Positions 56,819-64,000 of a stretch of DNA of 64,000 nt are shown here, in pieces. The stretch comes from Candidatus Methanosuratincola verstraetei. Lineage in GTDB: Archaea > Thermoproteota > Methanomethylicia > Methanomethylicales > Methanomethylicaceae. The notes below the pieces were generated by a model. It made no database searches. It had not been told where the DNA came from and worked only from the letters and a program-made list of their open reading frames with translations. The position numbers and the translations under genes were made by a program. Where the stretch lies: NCBI GenBank assembly GCA_049570475.1, contig CP186953.1, positions 1,248,001 to 1,312,000 of the forward strand, read 5' to 3'. Within the stretch, counting starts at the first letter, position 1, and each line of letters starts with the position of its first letter.

Positions 56819-57862
56819 ATGGATCTGTTCTTCATCAGCGGTCCTCTGGACCCGGACGAGCGGGAATCCAGCGTCCTTCGAAAGATCGAGATGCTGGAGA
56901 AGGGATATGAGGGCATCTTGTTCAAAGACCCTTACGATGGTATGGCTAGGGAGCTCGGCAAGATCCCTGGCCCAGAGTCAAGGCTGGATGTGGAGCCTTG
57001 GCTGCTGCCGGCGCCCCCAAAGTCGATGTCCTTCATGCTGACCGTGGAGAATTTCGTGGCATTCATTGACTCCAACGGCTGCCTCGAATATGCGAAGAAG
57101 GTAGGCGGACTGGTGGAGGGAGGCCTCCCGTCCGTCCCGGTTATGGTTGGGGTTGATCACTCGCTCACAGGTGGGGCTCTCGAGGCCCTTTCTATGGAAT
57201 TGGGCGGAGAGTCGATCCGGCTGATCGTATTCGACAGCCACTTCGACTTCATACTCCCTAGCATCAGGTGTGGGCTGATACAGTACGACTTGGAGACTAA
57301 CCCAGAGACAAAGTTCTCGCCCACTGACCCATTCATATTCAACAGGCCTGACAGCTACAATGCGGACTCGTTCCTCTATTATGTCCTTGACAAAATCCCC
57401 AAAGAAAACATATTCGTTGTCGGCGTCTCGGATTACCCCCCACAGGTCGCCCAAGAGATAGAAGATGACCGTGTGAGGCGGTATGTCGAGTTCTACAAGG
57501 ATCTTGAGGAGTCGGGCGTTCACGTAATCACAAAGGAGAGAATACAGCGGGACATCGGGAGTGTCAGGGAGGCTCTCTCGAGCACTGCCTTCCCGTATAC
57601 CTACGTCTCTGTTGATGTGGACGTATGCTCTAACACTTCGATCAAAGGTGCACGATTCTTGGATTACTATGGCGTAGACCATTCAGACCTCTATGGGCTC
57701 GTCGCCTCCATAAAGAAGTCACTCAAAACATCGAAGCTCGTGGGACTGGACTTCATGGAATTTGACATATACAATGCAGGGAGCGAACGGTCTGGCAAGG
57801 CAGACAGGACTTACCAGATAGCCGCGGAAGCCATGAAGCGCCTCCTGTGGCAGCAGCCCTAA
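56819..57862 (+). CDS. divergent arginase/ureohydrolase-family protein
   Basis: GVDHS, FDSHFD, SVDVDV, GLDFME; ATG at 56819. Confidence 0.72.
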   Translation: MDLFFISGPLDPDERESSVLRKIEMLEKGYEGILFKDPYDGMARELGKIPGPESRLDVEPWLLPAPPKSMSFMLTVENFVAFIDSNGCLEYAKKVGGLVEGGLPSVPVMVGVDHSLTGGALEALSMELGGESIRLIVFDSHFDFILPSIRCGLIQYDLETNPETKFSPTDPFIFNRPDSYNADSFLYYVLDKIPKENIFVVGVSDYPPQVAQEIEDDRVRRYVEFYKDLEESGVHVITKERIQRDIGSVREALSSTAFPYTYVSVDVDVCSNTSIKGARFLDYYGVDHSDLYGLVASIKKSLKTSKLVGLDFMEFDIYNAGSERSGKADRTYQIAAEAMKRLLWQQP

Positions 57863-57920
57863 TTCGCGTATAGTTATGCTAATATCCAAGATCCCATTTA
57901 ATATTAAGGGGGTATATTGT

Positions 57921-58730
57921 TTGAATTTGGCATTGCAGATAGGCGGTATATTCGAGTCCATAAATACTCTGATAGTCGCATTCGTAGTCCTGGTGATAGT
58001 TGTCTGGATACTTTCATCATCGATCAAAATCGTCAAGGAGTACGAGCGGGCAGTGATATTCAGGCTGGGGAGGCTCTTGGGCGCGAAGGGTCCAGGGCTA
58101 TTCCTGATCATCCCGTTCGTCGACGCTTTCAGGAAAGTCGACCTTAGGGTGCTGACATTTGACGTGCCTAAGCAGGTTGTCATCACAAGGGACAACATCA
58201 CGATAAGCGTAGATGCTGTAGTCTATTACAGGGTCTTCGATCCGAACAAGGCGATTACCCAGGTGGAGAACTACGTCCTCTCGACCAACCTCCTGGCCCA
58301 GACAATGCTGAGAGATGTGCTCGGGCAGGTCGAGCTTGATGAGATTTTGGCCAGGCGTGAGGAATTGAACAGGAGGCTTCAGCAGTCTCTGGATCTGGCA
58401 ACAGACCCGTGGGGCATCAAGGTCACCGCAGTCGTGATAAAGGATGTCACGATCCCAGAGAGCCTCCAAAGGGCAATCGCCAAGCAGGCGGAGGCGGAGC
58501 GCGAGAGGCGGTCGAGGATAATCATAGCCGAGGGCGAGCAGCAGGCTGCGCAGAAGATGTTCGAGGCTGCTGAGTTCTACAACAGGGCTCCATTGGCAAT
58601 GAAGCTCAGGGAGTTCCAGATGATTACTGAGGTCGCAAGGGAGAAGAACCTGATAGTCATCTCGAGCTCTGGATCGACAGACATCGGCAGCATCGCTGGT
58701 ATTGCCAAGGCTGTCCAGGAGAGGAAATGA
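57921..58730 (+). CDS. SPFH/stomatin (band 7) protein
   Basis: VKEYERAVIFRLGR, VDLR, QAEAERERR, LKL-type C-terminus; start approximate. Confidence 0.92.
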   Translation: MNLALQIGGIFESINTLIVAFVVLVIVVWILSSSIKIVKEYERAVIFRLGRLLGAKGPGLFLIIPFVDAFRKVDLRVLTFDVPKQVVITRDNITISVDAVVYYRVFDPNKAITQVENYVLSTNLLAQTMLRDVLGQVELDEILARREELNRRLQQSLDLATDPWGIKVTAVVIKDVTIPESLQRAIAKQAEAERERRSRIIIAEGEQQAAQKMFEAAEFYNRAPLAMKLREFQMITEVAREKNLIVISSSGSTDIGSIAGIAKAVQERK

Positions 58731-58740
58731 TCCTTAGTGG

Positions 58741-60066
58741 GTGGTCCAAATAAGCCGTCTTAGAACCCGAACACTGACATTTTTCCTTTTTCTGTTTATC
58801 CTAGGCGCTCTTTCTGCAAGCACGGTCTCTGCTGCGCCGAAGGTGCTCCAGGTGCCTATAACGGGGACAATTACAATGGCGCATGCTGATGCTTTCGCTG
58901 ATGCGCTAGAGGTTGCATCCAGGGAGGGGTATAGCGCAGTGCTGGTTGTGATATCGACCCCTGGTGGTAGCGTTGACGCAATGCTGAGGATAATTGAGCG
59001 CATAGACAACTCGCCGGTCCCAGTTGTCGCATATGTTTACCCTGCGGGGACGACTGCCTGGTCAGCTGGCACCTACATCCTGATGGCTTCCCATGTCGCA
59101 GCGATGGCCCCGAACACGGTAATCGGGTCTTGCCAACCGATTTCATATTCGCCTCTGGGCAGCGCCCCTGTCGAGGATGACAAGATCATAAACGCATTGG
59201 TCGCCGTGATGTCGACCCACGCCGAGTCCAGGAACAGGAACCTGACTCTCGCCCGGGATTTTGTCGTAAAGAACGCCAATGTTGACGACATCGAGGCATA
59301 CGAATATGGCGCAATAGAGTACCGAGCGGATAGCGTAGCCAGGCTACTCGAGGCGATTGACGGGAGGGCAGTCCTGTTGGCATCCGGCGTGGTTACCTTA
59401 AACACCCGCGGGGCTGCAGTGGATGTCTATTCGATGCGGCCTAGGGAGGCGATACTCAACGCAATTTCCGACCCGACAGTCTCGAGCATCCTCTTCCTCG
59501 TGGGGCTGTTCGCGCTGATATACGGCTTCTCTGCCCCAGGTCATGGGGGCGAGATACTTGGCGGAATAGCAATCCTCCTTGCCCTCATCGGGATGGGCTT
59601 CGACATCAATGTTGTATCCGCGGTGATGATGGTCATCGGGGCGATACTACTGATATACGAGCTCGCAACCCCGGGATTCGGCATTTTTGGAATCAGCGGG
59701 GTGGTGATACTTACATTCGGCGCATTATTCCTTGTGCCATTCAGCCCAGAGAAATGGGCGGTCTCAGGTGATTGGTATTCCACGTTCACTTACATGATCG
59801 TCGCCGTAGGGATCTGCGTCGCCGCGCTCTTCCTCTTTGCAGCGATAAAGGTCTTGCAAGTCAGGCGCAGGCCGCCGATCGTCGGGACCATGATAGGCGA
59901 TATTGTCATACCCACTGAGAACGCACGTCCGGGTGAAGTGATCTTTGTGGTTTACAGAGGCGAATACTGGCAGGCTAAATCCGCCGAAGGGATAGTTGCG
60001 GGCAAAAAGTACAGGATATCGGGGAAGGAAGGGGTCGTGCTAGTCCTCGAAGAGTCCCGTCCTTGA
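58741..60066 (+). CDS. nfeD: NfeD-family membrane-bound serine protease
   Basis: STPGG, AWSAG, MAP.T.IG, TM block, C-terminal GEYWQA OB-fold. Confidence 0.88.
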   Translation: MVQISRLRTRTLTFFLFLFILGALSASTVSAAPKVLQVPITGTITMAHADAFADALEVASREGYSAVLVVISTPGGSVDAMLRIIERIDNSPVPVVAYVYPAGTTAWSAGTYILMASHVAAMAPNTVIGSCQPISYSPLGSAPVEDDKIINALVAVMSTHAESRNRNLTLARDFVVKNANVDDIEAYEYGAIEYRADSVARLLEAIDGRAVLLASGVVTLNTRGAAVDVYSMRPREAILNAISDPTVSSILFLVGLFALIYGFSAPGHGGEILGGIAILLALIGMGFDINVVSAVMMVIGAILLIYELATPGFGIFGISGVVILTFGALFLVPFSPEKWAVSGDWYSTFTYMIVAVGICVAALFLFAAIKVLQVRRRPPIVGTMIGDIVIPTENARPGEVIFVVYRGEYWQAKSAEGIVAGKKYRISGKEGVVLVLEESRP

Positions 60067-60142
60067 CGCCCTTCCTCACCTCCATCGCCACGATCTTGCC
60101 CACCTTTCACGAGCTACGCCTCCGACAGGGTTAAAAAATCGG

Positions 60143-60922
60143 ATGGGGCTAATAGATCAGGGATGCTTTTTGAAGCCAAATGAAGTCTCAATATATGAGC
60201 TTGAGAGGATTGATGGAGAGAATTTATCACTGCTGTGCGGCCTCCCAGATGTCGGGCTAGTAGGGATCATCTCAGTCTCGCACATAATCAAGGAACTTGG
60301 CATGAAGGAGGTGGGGTATATCGATTCAGAGCTCTTCCCCCCGCTTGTCGTCTTCCACCAGGGTGAGCCGACTTACCCTATCAGGCTATTCCGGAAGGAG
60401 AATCTGTTGGCAGTATTCTCGGAGACCGCCCTCCCGCCGGAATCGCTTTACCCCCTCACCCGGCTCATTGTGGGCTGGTCCAAGGAGAAGAATGTTTCAA
60501 TGGTCGTCTCGCTGGGCGGGATCGGCGTTCCAAACCGGATAGACATCGACGAGCCTAAAGTTTACGGCGCTTCCTCGTCCCAGAAGCTGAGGGATCTGAT
60601 ACTGCAGAACGGGATTAGCCTGATGGAGGAGGGATTCTTGGTGGGGCCTTACGGCCTGATAGCCAAGCACTCCAAGTCCCTGGGCGTCCAGAACTTGATA
60701 CTCCTTGCAGAATCCTTCCCGAACTACCCTGACCCAGGTGCAGCTGCAAGCGCATTAGAGGCACTGAAGAAATTCGTGCCGATCTCTGTGGACATAAAGT
60801 CTCTGAAAGATCGTTCTGACGAGATACGGATGAATGCGAGGGAGCTCATGCGCAAGACCGCGGAGAATATGCAGAGGATGGGCAAGTCCCAGGAATATGA
60901 GCTGCCGCTCATGTATGTGTAG
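60143..60922 (+). CDS. PAC2-family proteasome assembly chaperone
   Basis: GLPDVGLVG, PIRLF, PDPGAAA, C-terminal MYV (HbYX-like). Confidence 0.85.
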   Translation: MGLIDQGCFLKPNEVSIYELERIDGENLSLLCGLPDVGLVGIISVSHIIKELGMKEVGYIDSELFPPLVVFHQGEPTYPIRLFRKENLLAVFSETALPPESLYPLTRLIVGWSKEKNVSMVVSLGGIGVPNRIDIDEPKVYGASSSQKLRDLILQNGISLMEEGFLVGPYGLIAKHSKSLGVQNLILLAESFPNYPDPGAAASALEALKKFVPISVDIKSLKDRSDEIRMNARELMRKTAENMQRMGKSQEYELPLMYV

Positions 60923-60934
60923 GGGTGCATAGAG

Positions 60935-61312
60935 ATGTTCCCTGCAGATTATTTCGACATCCAGGCGCGTCTTCGCGGATACATGGAGGGTTGCCTCGAA
61001 CCCCTGACTGAGATACAGGAAACCGACAACGAGCTGATAGTGAGGGTAGACATGCCCTGTGTCAGGAGCAAGGACGAGATCACCGTCAATGTGACTGAGG
61101 ATACGGTAAGCATAGAGGCGAAGATGGAGAAGGCGGTCCAGTACGAGCGGTGGGGGACGTTCCAGAGGGGCGTGCGGTTCTTCAAGTACTCGAAGACCTT
61201 CACGCTGCCCACAAAAATAGATCCTGAGCGAGCCAAGGCCAGGTTCGTCAAGAACGTCCTGGAGCTGCGCCTTCCAAAGAAGGGAAAGGTCTTCAAAATA
61301 GAGATCCAGTAG
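60935..61312 (+). CDS. small heat shock protein Hsp20
   Basis: VDMP.V..KD.I.V, LP.KIDP..AKA.F...VLE..LPK. Confidence 0.88.
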   Translation: MFPADYFDIQARLRGYMEGCLEPLTEIQETDNELIVRVDMPCVRSKDEITVNVTEDTVSIEAKMEKAVQYERWGTFQRGVRFFKYSKTFTLPTKIDPERAKARFVKNVLELRLPKKGKVFKIEIQ

Positions 61313-61317
61313 GCGCC

Positions 61318-62430
61318 TCAAAAGAGGCTGTCCAGGCGTTTCATTGCGCACTTTATTATCTCAATGCTGTCGTAGAACTCCTCAATAGAGACGTTCTCCA
61401 TTGGCGTATGATCCAGCTTGGAGTTTCCTGGCCCATACACCACGGAGTGCGTGCCTGATGCCCTTACGAAGTCATTGACATCACTCGTGCCGCTCTTCCT
61501 GAGGATCTTGCCCTCCCTCCTGCCCACTTCCCTAATCGCCTCGAGGAAGAAAAGGACAAGCGGCGATCCAGGATCCTCCTCGAATGGCTCGTTCTCATCC
61601 TTGAACTCTACAGATATCTCCGCCTTCTCTCTCCCCTTCTTGAAATCTTCCAGGAGCTGCTGGACCCTTTCCTTGAGCATCTTGGAGGACATGCCTGGCG
61701 GGATCCGGACGTCTGCAGTGACCTCGCATATGCCCGGGACGGTGTTGTCCTGCGTCCCTCCGCGGAAGAGCGTAACGCACAGGGAAGGCGACTTGAAAAG
61801 GTCCTCCCCTCCGCCCTCCCATTCCTCGTCAAGACCCCTCAGCTTGCCCACGAGGTCTGCTCCTATGTAAATTGCATTCTCAAAGAACCTCGGGGCACTT
61901 GCGTGCCCAGGAGAGGTCCGGATGGTGACGGTGAAGACGAGCCTCCCTTTGTATCCGACTGTCACCCCGTAAGCGCTGCTCGGCTCCCCGAAAATAGCAA
62001 AATCGAACTCTTCATCGAGATTGGAGATGAAATGCCTCATCCCCCTGCTCTTCCCCTCCTCGTCCACTACTGCGAGCACAACCACCGTCCCTTTGCCGCC
62101 TTCCTCCACATAGCGCTTTCCTGCGCATATGAGGGCTGCCAAGGGTGACTTTGCGTCGACCGCCCCCCTGCCGAATACCACCTTGCCCCTCCTCTTGACC
62201 TCCAAGAATCCTTCCACAGTGTCCATATGCCCGCAAAGTAGGAACTTCGGCCTCCCGGACCCTATCCTGCCTTCTACATTCCCTACGCTGTCGATCTTCA
62301 CCCTGTAGCCTAGCCTCCCCATCTCCTCGGCTAGGAACCTGCCGATCTCCCCTTCCTGGCCGCTCGGGCTGTAGATCTCGAGCATCCGAAGGAGGAGCCT
62401 CTCTGGGTATCCTTCCTCCATCTCAGGCAC
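61318..62430 (-). CDS. lysK: [LysW]-lysine/ornithine hydrolase (M20)
   Basis: GHMDTV, GRGAVDAK, DEE, GEPS, YGPG.SKLDHTP.E; downstream of lysJ. Confidence 0.88.
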   Translation of the reverse strand: MPEMEEGYPERLLLRMLEIYSPSGQEGEIGRFLAEEMGRLGYRVKIDSVGNVEGRIGSGRPKFLLCGHMDTVEGFLEVKRRGKVVFGRGAVDAKSPLAALICAGKRYVEEGGKGTVVVLAVVDEEGKSRGMRHFISNLDEEFDFAIFGEPSSAYGVTVGYKGRLVFTVTIRTSPGHASAPRFFENAIYIGADLVGKLRGLDEEWEGGGEDLFKSPSLCVTLFRGGTQDNTVPGICEVTADVRIPPGMSSKMLKERVQQLLEDFKKGREKAEISVEFKDENEPFEEDPGSPLVLFFLEAIREVGRREGKILRKSGTSDVNDFVRASGTHSVVYGPGNSKLDHTPMENVSIEEFYDSIEIIKCAMKRLDSLF

Positions 62431-63598
62431 CCTTTCTCTTCTTCTCTTCCTCCATCACCGCATTGCCCACCGTCTCGACCACGGTCTTGGCTTCCTCCTT
62501 GCTCAAGACAAGCGGAGGTAGGAGCCTCAGGACGGTCTTTCCTGCCTCGAGGCAGATTACCCCTCCATCAAGGCAGCGCAGTATCATTCCCATGGTCTCG
62601 AACCGCATATCGACCCCAATCATCAGCCCTAGCCCTCTCACCTCCCTGACCATGGGGCTCCCAATGCTGGAGAGGCCTCTCTTCAGCTCCTCCCCCACAT
62701 CCCTTGCGTTCTCGACGAGCCCCTCTTCCATGAGTGCGTCAACCGCTGCTGCACAGGCTGCGCAGGCAAGAGGATTGCCTCCGAACGTGTTTGAATGTTC
62801 GCCCCTCTTGAGCGATGCCATTACGTCTTCCCTTGCGAATGTCGCGGCTATGGGTACGCCGCCCCCCAGCGCCTTGCTGGAGCAGAGTACGTCTGGCTTG
62901 ACCCCAAAGTGCTGGTGCGCCCAGATCTTCCCGGTCCTCCCGAATCCGCTCTGCACCTCGTCGAGTACAAGGAGGACTCCCTTCTCATCGCATATCTCCC
63001 TCAGCTCCTTGAGGTACTCCTTGGGCGGCACGTTGATGCCGCCCTCGCCTTGGACTGGCTCGACGAAGACGGCTGCAGTATCCTGATCGATGAGGTCCCT
63101 CACCTTCTCGGCTTTCCCGTACGGGGCAAACTTCACGCCATCCAAAAGCGGCATGAACGGCTCCCTGTACTTCGATGCCCAGGTGAGTGAGAGCGCGCCC
63201 ATAGTCTTCCCATGGTATGCATTGACTGCAGCAATGAATCCCTTCTTCCTGGTGAACTTCCTTGAGAGCTTTATGGCTGTCTCTACCGCCTCGGCCCCGG
63301 TGCTAGAGAGGAAAACCCTCTCCGTACCCTCCGGCCTTATCTTGTAGAGCTTTGAGAGGCACTCCTCCCTGGCATCATTGTAAAATGATCCATGGCAGGT
63401 CAGGAGCCGAGACGCCTGCCTGTTGATCGCCTCGACAACCTTAGGGTGGCAGTGACCGAGGAGGGCAACTCCGTATCCGCAGCTGCAGTCTATGTACTCC
63501 TTCCCGTTGCTGTCCCAAACCCTGGCCCCCTTGCCCCTGACAAGCTGGACAGGCCTCTTCCAGAATGTATCCGCAAGGAATGTGTCTTCGAAGTTCAT
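62423..63598 (-). CDS. lysJ: [LysW]-aminoadipate semialdehyde/glutamate semialdehyde transaminase
   Basis: EPVQGEGG, DEVQSGFGRTG, SKALGGG, TFGGNPLA; between lysZ and lysK. Confidence 0.85.
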   Translation of the reverse strand: MNFEDTFLADTFWKRPVQLVRGKGARVWDSNGKEYIDCSCGYGVALLGHCHPKVVEAINRQASRLLTCHGSFYNDAREECLSKLYKIRPEGTERVFLSSTGAEAVETAIKLSRKFTRKKGFIAAVNAYHGKTMGALSLTWASKYREPFMPLLDGVKFAPYGKAEKVRDLIDQDTAAVFVEPVQGEGGINVPPKEYLKELREICDEKGVLLVLDEVQSGFGRTGKIWAHQHFGVKPDVLCSSKALGGGVPIAATFAREDVMASLKRGEHSNTFGGNPLACAACAAAVDALMEEGLVENARDVGEELKRGLSSIGSPMVREVRGLGLMIGVDMRFETMGMILRCLDGGVICLEAGKTVLRLLPPLVLSKEEAKTVVETVGNAVMEEEKKRKGA

Positions 63599-64000
63599 AG
63601 CGAGATCACTGTGCCTTTATTCCCTTCCAAGGCCGAGGAAATTGGTTTCTCGGCAAATCCTGAGGTTATTATTGCTCTCTTGACCCCGCCCTTCACCGCT
63701 TCCACCGCCGCATGGATCTTGGTGCTCATCCCTGGGCCTATCTTCTCGAGCAGCCCCTCGACTTCAAGGGCTGCGATCTTCCTGATCACTTTGCCCCCGT
63801 CCATTACGCCCTCGACATCGGTGAGGTATACCACCGCGTCGGCTTGGATGGACTTAGCTACGCTCGCTGTGGTCCTGTCTCCGTCGACATTCAGAGGCTC
63901 GAACTCGAGGCCCATTGCAAGAGGTGATATCACAGGGACATAGCCGCCGGAGAGAAGCGTCTCTATCAGCGCGCTGTTTACCGACGAGATCTTTCCGGTA
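63595..64000 (-). CDS. lysZ: [LysW]-aminoadipate/glutamate kinase (3' part; runs off window end)
   Basis: PVISP, LNVDGDR, LTDVEG, GPGM..K motifs of amino-acid kinase family. Confidence 0.82.
   Translation of the reverse strand, partial: TGKISSVNSALIETLLSGGYVPVISPLAMGLEFEPLNVDGDRTTASVAKSIQADAVVYLTDVEGVMDGGKVIRKIAALEVEGLLEKIGPGMSTKIHAAVEAVKGGVKRAIITSGFAEKPISSALEGNKGTVISL

Noticed and set aside
1-64000. Mobile elements, prophage, rRNA/tRNA genes, pyrrolysine/selenocysteine read-through
   Set aside because: No integrase or transposase motifs, no tRNA/rRNA signatures, and no conserved gene interrupted by an in-frame stop were seen

Overview
Gene-dense archaeal chromosome segment from an MCR-encoding archaeon. 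The mcrB-mcrG-mcrA operon without mcrD/C, the LysW-type lysZJK genes and the FAD-oxidoreductase/HdrD pair best fit Methanomethylicia (Ca. Verstraetearchaeota); this assignment is inference. About half of the window is a methanogenesis island: (1) mcrBGA (7011-10807), preceded by a sulfonate-type ABC importer and an XRE regulator; (2) DUF2098, Mmp2, component A2, TfuA, YcaO and Mmp15; (3) a divergent pair of operons, mcrD-mcrC-mmp5-wHTH and mmp3-mmp6-mmp17-mmp7-second A2 paralog-RACo/RamA-type activator-hypothetical. The rest is housekeeping (porGDA, thiDN/thiR, nadE, tpiA, trpB2, class II HMG-CoA reductase, rpo12, speB, glyS, trxB, endA, ahcY, TET peptidase, pycB-like, SPFH/NfeD, PAC2, Hsp20, lysZJK). 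No rRNA, intact tRNA, CRISPR array or transposase was seen. Best leads: a possibly variant MCR-activation operon with a zinc-finger-less A2 paralog coupled to an ASKHA reductive activator; a candidate coenzyme M importer and regulator directly upstream of mcr; a 'GlcD-like' HdrD partner that lacks lactate dehydrogenase motifs; and four unexplained intergenic long hairpins that may be ncRNAs. Family calls are from motif recognition by eye; no database was searched.
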